DNA of 57,152 nucleotides, the filler included, from Rhizaria sp. SCN 62-66 (lineage: Eukaryota): NCBI GenBank assembly GCA_001724265.1. It is 2 parts of 2 records of this genome, joined end to end, with 100 filler letters (N's around TTAATTAATTAA, not from the genome) between each part and the next. Parts side by side here need not be neighbours in the genome. Positions count along the whole stretch, not along the records: positions 1 to 28,574 come from MEDY01000386.1; 1 more part is not named here. One strand, given 5' to 3'. Shown piece by piece: positions 1 to 9,405 of the stretch. The notes under the pieces were generated by a model, which saw only the letters and a program-made list of their open reading frames with translations, had not been told where the DNA came from and did not search any database. Position 1 is the first letter of the stretch, and each line of letters starts with the position of its first letter. Both the position numbers and the translations under genes were made by a program.

Positions 1-201
1 AAGCTTTGACGATTATTTCACAGAGATTTCTATTGTGGAAGTTACCTGCCGAAAACTGCGTTTTTGGCGTTTTTTAGTTGACGCTACATAGGGGTTACAC
101 CTTTATTAGCCAGTAAGGCGTTCTAAATAGCTTAATTGTCACTAAATATTCGTGTTTTGAATCATGCGTCGAATGTGCGTGTAGTGTTTGACAAGCATCA
201 C

Positions 202-3200
202 TCACCGCGGCGGTGGCGGCGCACCGTACAGCTCAGCGAGCATGCGCACGTTGTGCCCCTTCGGGGCTCGACCCCGACCACGACCATCAGCACCAGCAGA
301 GTCGGCGTTATTGGCACCGCCCCGACCTCCGCGCCCACGTCCGCGACCGCGGCCGCGGCTGCCTGCGCGCCTGTTGCCAATATTGCTGTCAGCATCAGCG
401 TTGTCGATCAGGCTGCCGTCTTCGTCGTCGTCGGACCAATTGTCGTAGCCAAGACCCGCAGCCGCCGCGGCCGCCACGGCCGTCGAAAGCCCGCCGCTGC
501 GAGTCTTACCAACAGCAGCACCACTCCGGCGGCCAAGACGCTGGCTGTCGTTGTCCAGATCGCTTGCGTCATTGTCCGTGTTGTCGACGTCACTATCACG
601 GTCTGCATTGATATCACCACCGTGGCTGCGGGGTGTGTGGGCATTAATAGGATGCCCCGCGCTGAATGCAATCGCCGTAAGCAGTGCGGACTCGTCTTCG
701 TCGTCATTGTAGCCACCAACACCAGTGGCGCGGGTGCTGTCACCCGTATCACCACGAACGCCAGCATACTCCTTGCTGTGAGCATTTGCATCAGAACCAG
801 CGTCTTCATCGTTCATCGCATTGTTGTTAAGGTCAATCTCACCCGCGCCGTTCGCGTTGACCAGCAAACTTTGCGCCTGCTGCTGTCGTTGCTGCCACTG
901 CCGCTGTCGCCGCCGAGCCAGCCGATCCAGCGCGCGCGCCGCCGCCGTCGCCGATGTCGTTGTTGCCGCAACACTGCTGCCGCTGCGGTATACAAGCAGC
1001 GAGGCACGCAGAGCAGCGGCATCTGCTTGCGCTGATTCCTCTTCGTCCCCTGCATGTGCTGTTGCAGCCGCACTCGATGAGTTTCGGTTACTGCGATAAA
1101 ACGGACTGTGGGCGGCGTAGGTGTCGTCACCAAGATCATCAATGAGCTCGCGCTCAGTCGCAGTGCTTTGCGTCGCCACATATTTATTTTCGCTCTCCCA
1201 CTCATCGCTTGTGTCGCCGCCATCAGCACCATCGTCGTCGCTGTTACTGAGAACGATTGCATCGTCGTCGCTATCGTCGTCTTCACCGTTGTTCGCCTCA
1301 GCATCACCACTGTCATCAATAGTGATTGCACTCTTACGACTGACACTGCCGATGCTTGCTTTTGTCTTTGCTTTCGCCCTCGCCATAGCCCGTGCCCGAG
1401 CTTTGGCTTTGGCAATAACTACGCCAGCTGCAGACGCGGTGGCAGTTGCAGCTGCAGCAGTTAACGGATCATTCCACCGCGCCAGTACACCGTCTGGACC
1501 GGCGGTGACAACAGTCATGCCAAGCCCCGCCCCAAGCCCAGCACCAAGCCCTGAACCGTGTTCAGCACTGCGCGAGAAGCTACCTTGCTCGGGCGCGGAG
1601 GAAGAAGATGAGCTTCCGCTGCTCTTACTCGCACTTGGACTCGCGCTAATCAAGGGCACGTTCGTGTTAGTTTTGTTGCTTGTGTAAGGGGTAGCTAAAG
1701 CAAGACCTTGCTTTGTGAGTGTTAAATCAGCGCCGACAGTCACCGCGCTACTCACAGTCATCCCGCGACCAATCGCAGTGTTTTCTTTGCTCACACTCGT
1801 TCCCGCAGTGCCCACAGTCATCCCAACCGCGGCAGTGACCACAGAGACCGTGTGACTGTGGGCACCGCCGAGCACCTGCAGCGGCCGACCTGTGGCCAGA
1901 CTGCTCACGATCACTTGCGTCGGCTCGGGGGCCAGGTGCACAAGCCATGGCGTGTCAAGCGGTGGGCTGACACTGGCGTCACCGCAGCCGGAATAGCTGC
2001 CGACACGTGCATACACACGGCCAGTATTCGCGCTGGCATTACCGTTTGTGATGTTGCTAAGATTGTTAGTGTTGTACGGGTGTGATGCTGCGACCGACGT
2101 CGACAGCGCGACATCATGAGGTCCCGGCACGACTCCGCTGTAAGTATCACCGTTCGCCGCTATCGTCCCATAGTTGCTAGCGATACCCCACTCACGATCG
2201 CGCGCGCTTGCCGCGCTCGCAACCGCTAAATCCGCCGCACGCGCTGCCGCGGCCCGCGCTGCAGAGAGAGTTAGCGGGCCCCACACCGCAGCCTCAGCGG
2301 TCGCGGCCACTGCAGCGTCGGCAGCATCACCGTCGCCCAATACAACCGCGCTAGGACCAAGACCAGAGCCATTCGCGTTGAATATGTTTGTTACTAAGGG
2401 TGTTGCCGTTGCAATGGTCGTGGGAAGCACTGCGAATACGCACGACAGCGGGACGCGGCTGGGCCGCGACGGCAGCGACACCCCCGTGGCCAGCCCCGTG
2501 GCACCGTCCCAGAGCCGGATCACGCCCTCGCCGCCCGCGCTGACCAAAGTCAAGCCGCTGGGGGCCGGCGCGGCGTGCGGCGCGAAGGCGAGCTGGAGCA
2601 CAGGGGCCGCGTGCGCGGTGACCGTGAGCACGGAGCGGCCGGCGGGCGTCGCCGTCGCGGCGACAGTCGCGATTGGAGTCGCCTGTGTCGAAACTGTAGC
2701 CGTCGCGTTGGACTCAGCCACAAGGCTAGAGCGTGAGCCTGCGCGTGCGAACGGTGTCTCGGAGCCCACTGGTGTCGGCAGCGCTGTCATTGCGGCGTCA
2801 TCGTACCTCGTGGGCCTCTGCTGCTGCTGCTGCTGCTGCCGTTGTTGTTGCTCTTGGTTGTGCACAGAGAGACCGATGGCACTTAGACTGGACGTCGCGG
2901 TGAGACGAGCAGTTGGCGCCTCTTGCGTTGCAATCGCAACGACGCCCCGCGTGTGCTTCGTCCTTTGCGATACAGACCCTGCAGGAGACTGTGACTGCGG
3001 CTGGGTATCTATCAGTGACTGTGAACGTGACACAGCTGGCTTCAGTCGCGGGTTCGCAGAAGAAATCGTGAAGCCCAGATTACTGACGTCCTGATACTTA
3101 GAGGACGCCTTCACGCGACCTGTTGTCAGTGCAAGTCCGTCTTCGTCGCTATATGCGTCGCTGTCGCTTTCAAACTCGATTTCACTAGCATCATCATCGC

Positions 3201-5613
3201 TCATATTGATGACACTTGTGCTCTTGCGTTGCTTCGGGTTATCACGTTTGCCACTGGATCGGGCATTAATAAACCTGCCCTTCGTGTTATTAAAGTCGCT
3301 AGTGTGACCATGCAAGAACACAGGAACAGCGACAGCGACCCTCTTCATCCTCTGCAGCTGCTGCTGCTCAAACTCGTCGTCACCTGCATTGTCACCCGAG
3401 GCGGCATGACCTTGTCGCCCGACCACGCTGCCGCCCCCAACCCCCCTGTTGCCCACGGTCACGCCGCGCCCCCCCGCTCCAGCGCCGTTGCCGGCGTCCA
3501 GCACCGCAAAGCACGCCGCCGTCCTGATGTCCCACAGCCGCACCGTGCCGTCCTCGCCGCCGGTCGCCAGTACGGTGCCCGCGGCCAGCGGCGCCAGAGA
3601 AGACAGCGCGCCGCCCAGGCGGCTGTGGCTGCGCGCAAAGGCCGCGTGGCTGGGGGCGACGGACGCGCAGTGGCAGCGGCGGGTCGCGCGGGATGAGAGC
3701 TTCACAGTCGATTTCGCACTGCATGAGCTCGTTTGAGTGCTTGTGTCAGCATTGCTCGGAAAAGCGCGTTCGATGTGTGCGCGGTGGCGGCGCCGAGGAC
3801 GCGCATAACGACAATTGCGCGGTGCGCCTGCGATGGAGATGTACGCATTAGCGCTCGTGGCCAGAGGCGCGGGCCAGCCCACAGTGGCGCTCACCGTCGA
3901 TACTAGCTCAGACACGAATGCACTCTGCGCTGAGCCTTCTGTTGCTTGCGCTGCAGCAGTCCGACCTTGACCGCGTGGTTGAGATTGCGTGGGCGTTGCT
4001 GTCGACGTTACGGCAGTGATGTGCGTTGTTCCGATTGCAGATGTAGCTAATTCTGACAACTGCTCAGGCAGCGACTGCAACTGCCACTGTAACTGCGGCT
4101 GCGGCAGTTCATGCTCATCGCCGTCATCAAAGTCACTGCCACTCTGCTCGCTCTGTTCCACATCGCTCTCCAGCTCGCCGCCGCACTCGTCACAGCACAC
4201 ACGGTGGCTCGCATCCTCCGTTTGCTGACTCAGCAGCGCACGCTTGCGCCGAAGCCATGCCGGCTCGGCCTGCTCAGTCAGCCACACGCGCGCACTTGCA
4301 GTCACAGGTGCCCAGGCAGCGGCCCACACGTTGGGCTCGTGCGTCCAGCCGCCACCGCCGCCGCCGTCGCCAGAGTCCCCAGAGCCGGCAGCGCTGGAGC
4401 CTAGGCTCGCGGCTGACGTGGTGGCAAAGGGGCGGCGGCGCGGCGCCGGGTGGCCGTACTTGGACAGTACAAGCGCCGTCACGCCGCTAAGGGTGTCGAG
4501 CAGGCGCACATCCGCGCCCGCGGCGGCGAGCAGCGTGCCCAGGCCGCCGCTCAGTGGGGAGGAAGTCAGGCCGCTGCCGGATAAAGGTACGTCGTCACGG
4601 GGGCTCTGATTGCTGTTCGAGTGGGAGGACAACGGGGCTAGCGCTGTGATATGTGCTGGCAGTGTGAAGCTCGTGATCTCGGCCGATGTCAGGGGATCCC
4701 AGGTACTTACACAGCCTCGCACAGTGCCTGTCGCAGCTAATGGCAGCGCTACACCAAAGTAACTCGACGCTGAAAGCGACGACGGCACGCCCGCATTGCT
4801 GTTACCACGCGCGGCGTGGGTGGTATGTCTACTGCTGTTGGCGTTAGGGGGCAGCCAGGTAACGCAAGATACGGCGCCAGAGGACGCTTTCAACGTGCGC
4901 ACCCGGCCCATAACCCGGGTGTTACTCGCGGCGCTGTTGCGACCGTCGTTGCGGCTCACGCTTGACGCTGCGGCTGTAGAAAAAAGGAAGGACGACGGAC
5001 GGAACACAACGACGCTGTCGCCGTTGCGGCTGTGTGCACCGGCGTTGGCGCGGCCATTTCTGCCACTAGCAGCAGCGTTAACACCCGTACCCTCGCCATC
5101 CTCATCGTCTGTGTCTTGATCGTCGTCACCGTCGTTGTTGTTGCTGTCTTTGGTGTTGTTGGTGTTGCCGTGGAGAGGGATGTCGTTGCGCACCGTCGAC
5201 ATGACATACGTCGCCCCCCCAGCGGTGCCCACAAGCATCACGCCGCCGCAGCTGCCCCGCGCCGCGCGCTCCACGTCGCGCACAGACTCGCCTTCAACGC
5301 CAGAGTCATGCTGGTGCTGTTGAGAGTGCGAGTATGCTGACGGACACGCAGCGAGCGCCGTCACTGGCCCCAGAGTCGGCGCCAGATCGAAGTTAAGCCG
5401 TGGCGTCGCGGCAAGCGGGGCCGCAGAGACTAGAGAACGCAGCGCGAGGGGCGCAAGGACGCCGGCAGCGCGAAGCCGGAGCCGCGGGAGCAGCGAGCAG
5501 GTCGAGAGTGGGTGTGGCAGCGCTGGTGTCGGGGGCAGGGCGGCTCCGATGCCGCGAGAGTTCCAGGGCCGAGACGACTGCGCGGGCTGGGCTGAGCTTG
5601 TTGAGGGATACAT
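202..5613 (-). CDS. ERCC8: ERCC8/CSA-like WD40-repeat protein, about 1803 aa, with very large low-complexity insertions and a C-terminal RGG tract
   Basis: Single ORF, first ATG at 5613, TGA at 202-204. Motifs occur in CSA order: DVRLLDTLSG...GH...VWAAAWAP...VLATGGEDGTVRLWDIRTAACFAVLD...TAHAAPVLQLAF...LVSAGGEGVIRLWDGATG. Recalled CSA pattern: [26 protein letters not shown]...AHNGKVNGLCF...LLTVGTDNRMRLWN. Confidence 0.72.
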   Translation of the reverse strand: MYPSTSSAQPAQSSRPWNSRGIGAALPPTPALPHPLSTCSLLPRLRLRAAGVLAPLALRSLVSAAPLAATPRLNFDLAPTLGPVTALAACPSAYSHSQQHQHDSGVEGESVRDVERAARGSCGGVMLVGTAGGATYVMSTVRNDIPLHGNTNNTKDSNNNDGDDDQDTDDEDGEGTGVNAAASGRNGRANAGAHSRNGDSVVVFRPSSFLFSTAAASSVSRNDGRNSAASNTRVMGRVRTLKASSGAVSCVTWLPPNANSSRHTTHAARGNSNAGVPSSLSASSYFGVALPLAATGTVRGCVSTWDPLTSAEITSFTLPAHITALAPLSSHSNSNQSPRDDVPLSGSGLTSSPLSGGLGTLLAAAGADVRLLDTLSGVTALVLSKYGHPAPRRRPFATTSAASLGSSAAGSGDSGDGGGGGGWTHEPNVWAAAWAPVTASARVWLTEQAEPAWLRRKRALLSQQTEDASHRVCCDECGGELESDVEQSEQSGSDFDDGDEHELPQPQLQWQLQSLPEQLSELATSAIGTTHITAVTSTATPTQSQPRGQGRTAAAQATEGSAQSAFVSELVSTVSATVGWPAPLATSANAYISIAGAPRNCRYARPRRRHRAHIERAFPSNADTSTQTSSCSAKSTVKLSSRATRRCHCASVAPSHAAFARSHSRLGGALSSLAPLAAGTVLATGGEDGTVRLWDIRTAACFAVLDAGNGAGAGGRGVTVGNRGVGGGSVVGRQGHAASGDNAGDDEFEQQQLQRMKRVAVAVPVFLHGHTSDFNNTKGRFINARSSGKRDNPKQRKSTSVINMSDDDASEIEFESDSDAYSDEDGLALTTGRVKASSKYQDVSNLGFTISSANPRLKPAVSRSQSLIDTQPQSQSPAGSVSQRTKHTRGVVAIATQEAPTARLTATSSLSAIGLSVHNQEQQQRQQQQQQQRPTRYDDAAMTALPTPVGSETPFARAGSRSSLVAESNATATVSTQATPIATVAATATPAGRSVLTVTAHAAPVLQLAFAPHAAPAPSGLTLVSAGGEGVIRLWDGATGLATGVSLPSRPSRVPLSCVFAVLPTTIATATPLVTNIFNANGSGLGPSAVVLGDGDAADAAVAATAEAAVWGPLTLSAARAAAARAADLAVASAASARDREWGIASNYGTIAANGDTYSGVVPGPHDVALSTSVAASHPYNTNNLSNITNGNASANTGRVYARVGSYSGCGDASVSPPLDTPWLVHLAPEPTQVIVSSLATGRPLQVLGGAHSHTVSVVTAAVGMTVGTAGTSVSKENTAIGRGMTVSSAVTVGADLTLTKQGLALATPYTSNKTNTNVPLISASPSASKSSGSSSSSSAPEQGSFSRSAEHGSGLGAGLGAGLGMTVVTAGPDGVLARWNDPLTAAAATATASAAGVVIAKAKARARAMARAKAKTKASIGSVSRKSAITIDDSGDAEANNGEDDDSDDDAIVLSNSDDDGADGGDTSDEWESENKYVATQSTATERELIDDLGDDTYAAHSPFYRSNRNSSSAAATAHAGDEEESAQADAAALRASLLVYRSGSSVAATTTSATAAARALDRLARRRQRQWQQRQQQAQSLLVNANGAGEIDLNNNAMNDEDAGSDANAHSKEYAGVRGDTGDSTRATGVGGYNDDEDESALLTAIAFSAGHPINAHTPRSHGGDINADRDSDVDNTDNDASDLDNDSQRLGRRSGAAVGKTRSGGLSTAVAAAAAAGLGYDNWSDDDEDGSLIDNADADSNIGNRRAGSRGRGRGRGRGGRGGANNADSAGADGRGRGRAPKGHNVRMLAELYGAPPPPR

Positions 5614-5930
5614 TGAGGGGCCACCCGCACCGGGGCGCGGCGGGAGAGCAAGAGAGGAAAACGGCGGGTTCGGGGATACTGACGACCCTCGGTAGGCTGG
5701 GCGGGCAAGAGGAACCGGAAGCTGTGGATGAGAGGGAGAAGTGAAAAGATGAGTCAACGTGAGAAGGTGACTTTTTCGAAGAATATAATTAACAATTTAA
5801 GCTCAAATTCCACTTTTATATATTTTTATAATAACATACGTCCACTTGACGATCAAATTCGCGTTATAGGCTCTGATCTTTCCACCGCGCTTGATCTCCC
5901 GCCCGATTGCTGCGGTCTCCAGTCCCTGTC

Positions 5931-7027
5931 ATGAGCATCTACCGTGGCACCGAGCGCGCGCAGCATTTGACTGCTAACGACGTACGTTCACTGCGCACAG
6001 GCTTGTCTATCTTGTACTACACCTGCACTGTGTATATCTCCCGTCTTGCTTCTCTGTGGCGCTTCGTATGACTCACTCTCTCCTCTTCACAACCCCTTGC
6101 GTCTTCACTCCTTGCTTAACTTCACGACAACGCATCACAGCTGGACTTCCTTGCTGGCGAGATGATGATTGACATTATCCCCGTTATGGACAAACCACAA
6201 TACGAGTACGTTTATCTGCTACGTCCTTCTCGTCACAACACAATCCCAATGCCTGTCTGACAGCCCTGAGAACATATCACTCACTCTAATGCACGCTCTG
6301 TGATGAATTTAACTTTCTTTCCTTTTGTCTTCCCTATAGGTTGATGAATGGTGACTTTGTTGGCGAATTTGTTCGCGGCGTCAGCACCACTGTGCCACTC
6401 TGGGTCGCGCTCTACCTCAAGAAACTCGACAAGTGCAAGGTCCGTCACTTCGTACATTTTCGAAACAGCATATGTATTCGTGTTGTCATTTCTATCCAAG
6501 AAGATCACGTAGCATTTAGAAAAATTACCTGCCATAAATATCATTTTACGACTGACTATTTCTATTCACTGACATATGTCGCTATAAATCTCACTGATTA
6601 CTCAATGACATTCTTCCATATCTTCCCACATGTTGCGCTGCCTCTGCAGATCACGATCCCGGACACGCACACCGTGCCGTCGCTGTCCCTGATCCTAGCC
6701 AACGAGTCCGCCTCCGACTCTGCGCTTTCGGCGCTGCCGCCCTTCTTCTTCGAGCTGGCGCGCGCGTTGCTGGCGCACGCGCGCGCGGACTTGCCCGACC
6801 CCGCCGCATTCGAGTCCCTGCTCAAGGACACCGAGGACCTGCGCGCGGCCAAGATCCGTGACCGCGTGAAGCGGATCGGCGAGAAGCAGCTGCAGATCTT
6901 TTCCGTGCAGAACCTCACGCCGTATGAGCTGCGCGGCCAGGCGGGGGTCGTGCGCGCGACGCTAGACGCCTTCCTGGCCATCGACCGCAGCGGGCCCGGA
7001 GCCGAGGACGCCGAGGGCGGTCGCTGA
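5931..7027 (+). CDS. GINS2: GINS complex subunit Psf2, 197 aa, 4 exons (5931-5981, 6141-6205, 6340-6439, 6650-7027)
   Basis: GT-AG introns join into one frame: LDFLAGEMMIDIIP...VPLWVALYLKKLDKCKI...LPPFFFELARALL...LLKDTEDLRAAKIR...QNLTPYEL, typical Psf2 motifs. Confidence 0.93.
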
Positions 7028-7528
7028 GCGGGGACGCTGAACGGAGCCACTGAACGGGGACGCTGAGGGCGCGGGGGGCAAGACGGGGAGATACAACTAG
7101 GTGGGGGTGAGCGATACTGATAAAAAGGGGCCTGGAGTCTTATCAGGCCGGTCACCAGGACATCAACACGGAATGTGGACAGAGTTCGAAAAAGAGGCGC
7201 GCGCCAATGCGAATACATAAACGATCAAATTAGCATGATCAAATGTCGCTTTGCAATGATGTACCAAGTCGTTGGCTTCGAGGCGTTCGCCCAGGCGCAT
7301 ATTTTATTTCTTTACATGGCGTCCGAGTTCAGCAAAACCAGCGCCACGTCCGCGGATCCGATGGTTTGCGCGGGAGCGTCGATCAGTGCGTCGCGTAACA
7401 GCGACACCATCTGAGCCGCTAGTCCCCAGAGCTAGGACTCGGCGTCGCTATCGCGCCGCGGGACGAGCACGCGCGAAGTGAGCATTTGCTGTCGGTCCGA
7501 CGCGAGGAAGCGTGACACCAGCGATCTG

Positions 7529-8458
7529 TCACCCAGACAGCGTCAACAGCAGCTCCTGACACGCTTCAGCCTCGGAAGGCTCCAGCAGACCGATAAGCTC
7601 TTGCAGCTGCATCAGCACCGCCGATGTGAAGGCTGGCGTGGCAGTGCTGCCACGCCGCGCCCACTCGGAGACCGTCCGCACGATGCGCATTGCGGGCACA
7701 CGCGTGGCGCGGCTTGTAGTAGAACACTGAAGCACGTTGTGAAAGATGCTCTCTTCATCGCCGGACACGAGGTCTTCAAAGCGTACCCCTTCGCACTGCC
7801 CCTGAAACACGTAGGACAGCATGTTAAGCGCGTGCGTACGTGCCGGCAGGTATCTTAAAGCAGCGGCGAGCTGCGGCACGATCGGCGCGACGACACTGTA
7901 CACCAGCGGCGGCTATACACAGATACATGCTGCCATAGTCTTCGGAAGAACCTGATGCACCGCCGCGCCAACGTCAAGAGCTCCTTCGCCGTAGACCTCG
8001 GCCATGTACCGGCCCAGGTGGGCCACGACGCCGCGCTGGGCCAGCGTGTCGACGGCAGCGCGGCCGGAGCGCGCGATGCTGTCGAGAGTCAGAAGCGTGC
8101 TCACAGCAGTTATGCCTCGGAGCCGGTCACAGAGAAGCCGGTGAGAGAGCTTCTCCGCAATGCCGTGCTCGATCAGCAGGGCGCAGCCGCTGGCTGTGCC
8201 GGCCAGGTTGCTCAGCACCCAGAGCGTCCCATGCCTTAACCCAACGCTGTTCAAGCCAGAGGCCTCCAACAACCGCGCAAGCCAGCCAAGCACGTCGTGT
8301 TCGAGACAGAGCGCCAGGAGAGCCTATGCGGCGACGCCCGTTTGATCCGCGCTAACGGTCCTGAGTTCCTCAATTCCGTTGACAAGTCTGGCGGGCGACA
8401 GCGATGTCAAGTCCACTAGCGCATGGTGAAAATTGTTGTAGGAGAACGGAGAACTCAT
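7529..8458 (-). CDS. Divergent importin-alpha-like ARM-repeat protein (about 309 aa) with two in-frame TAG codons (8324-8326, 7913-7915); may be a pseudogene
   Basis: ORFs 8324-8506, 7913-8293 and 7529-7903 share one frame and are separated only by TAG. ARM-like motifs: HDVLGWLARLL...TLWVLSNLAG...LLIEHGI...LDSIA...QRGVV...PPLVYSVVAPIVPQLAAAL. Protein-like sequence continues in a shifted frame to TAA 7312. Confidence 0.55.
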
Positions 8459-9405
8459 CGAATGAAGTGCAGCGTGCGATACAAGACGGAGGTATAATTC
8501 CAACAAGTCTTGTAATACGCTTCACCAAACGTCCCGTGTTGCGTCACAGACCGTTATTGTGCGCAAACCTGAAGAGATAAGGCGAGGAAAATAAGAAAAC
8601 ATGTGTGAGGGAGAGAGTGGAGGTTCGAATTTAAAGTTTCTAGATTTTTGTCTTAAGTGGAACTTATTGAGAAATTTCTAGCAAATATACATCGTGTAAC
8701 AACATATATTATCGTATGGTAGTAAATTTAGCCCAATGTAGATGGGGAGTGCGCTGTTTGAGCACGAGATATGAACGATTGTGGCGCTTCTTCAACCACA
8801 GGACTAGGCATGACGATTGAACTCGTGAATTCACGGGGAAGATCAACGCCCCAAGAGAAATCAATTTAGTACAACATATAAATCTTTCTGTGAATCGTAT
8901 TTCATGGCTTACATTTACATATACACTTGAAGGCATTCTATGAACTGCATTTCGATAAGGAGCTTGTTCGTTACCTCGATTGTGGTCGGCAAGAACTTTG
9001 AATCATGCCATGTCAATGTGATCGTCAGATCAGCTAGAATAGAAGTATAAACGTGGAAAGTTATTCTTGTATAAAATTGTCTTTTGATATAACTAAGTAA
9101 CATGTACATCTACCCCAATCACTCAAGGTGGCTGCTCTCAGTGTCACATCAGTAACACTCTGCATGAAGCCACAATCTCGAGTGGGAAACATGCCTCAAA
9201 CTTTGTCACCGTCTGTAACGAACTGCGGCAAAGTACTCAAACTCAAGCAATTATCGAACATTCAGAGCCACACGGCATCATAAACCAGAAAAAGAAGCTT
9301 TCGAAGTCATGATAGCGTACACTTTAAGTCACTGCTTCGTTTCAAGTTGTTTCTGTCACTTTGATTTGAGCTTGCTATTGATGATTGCCTTTACGCTTTG
9401 ACGTT

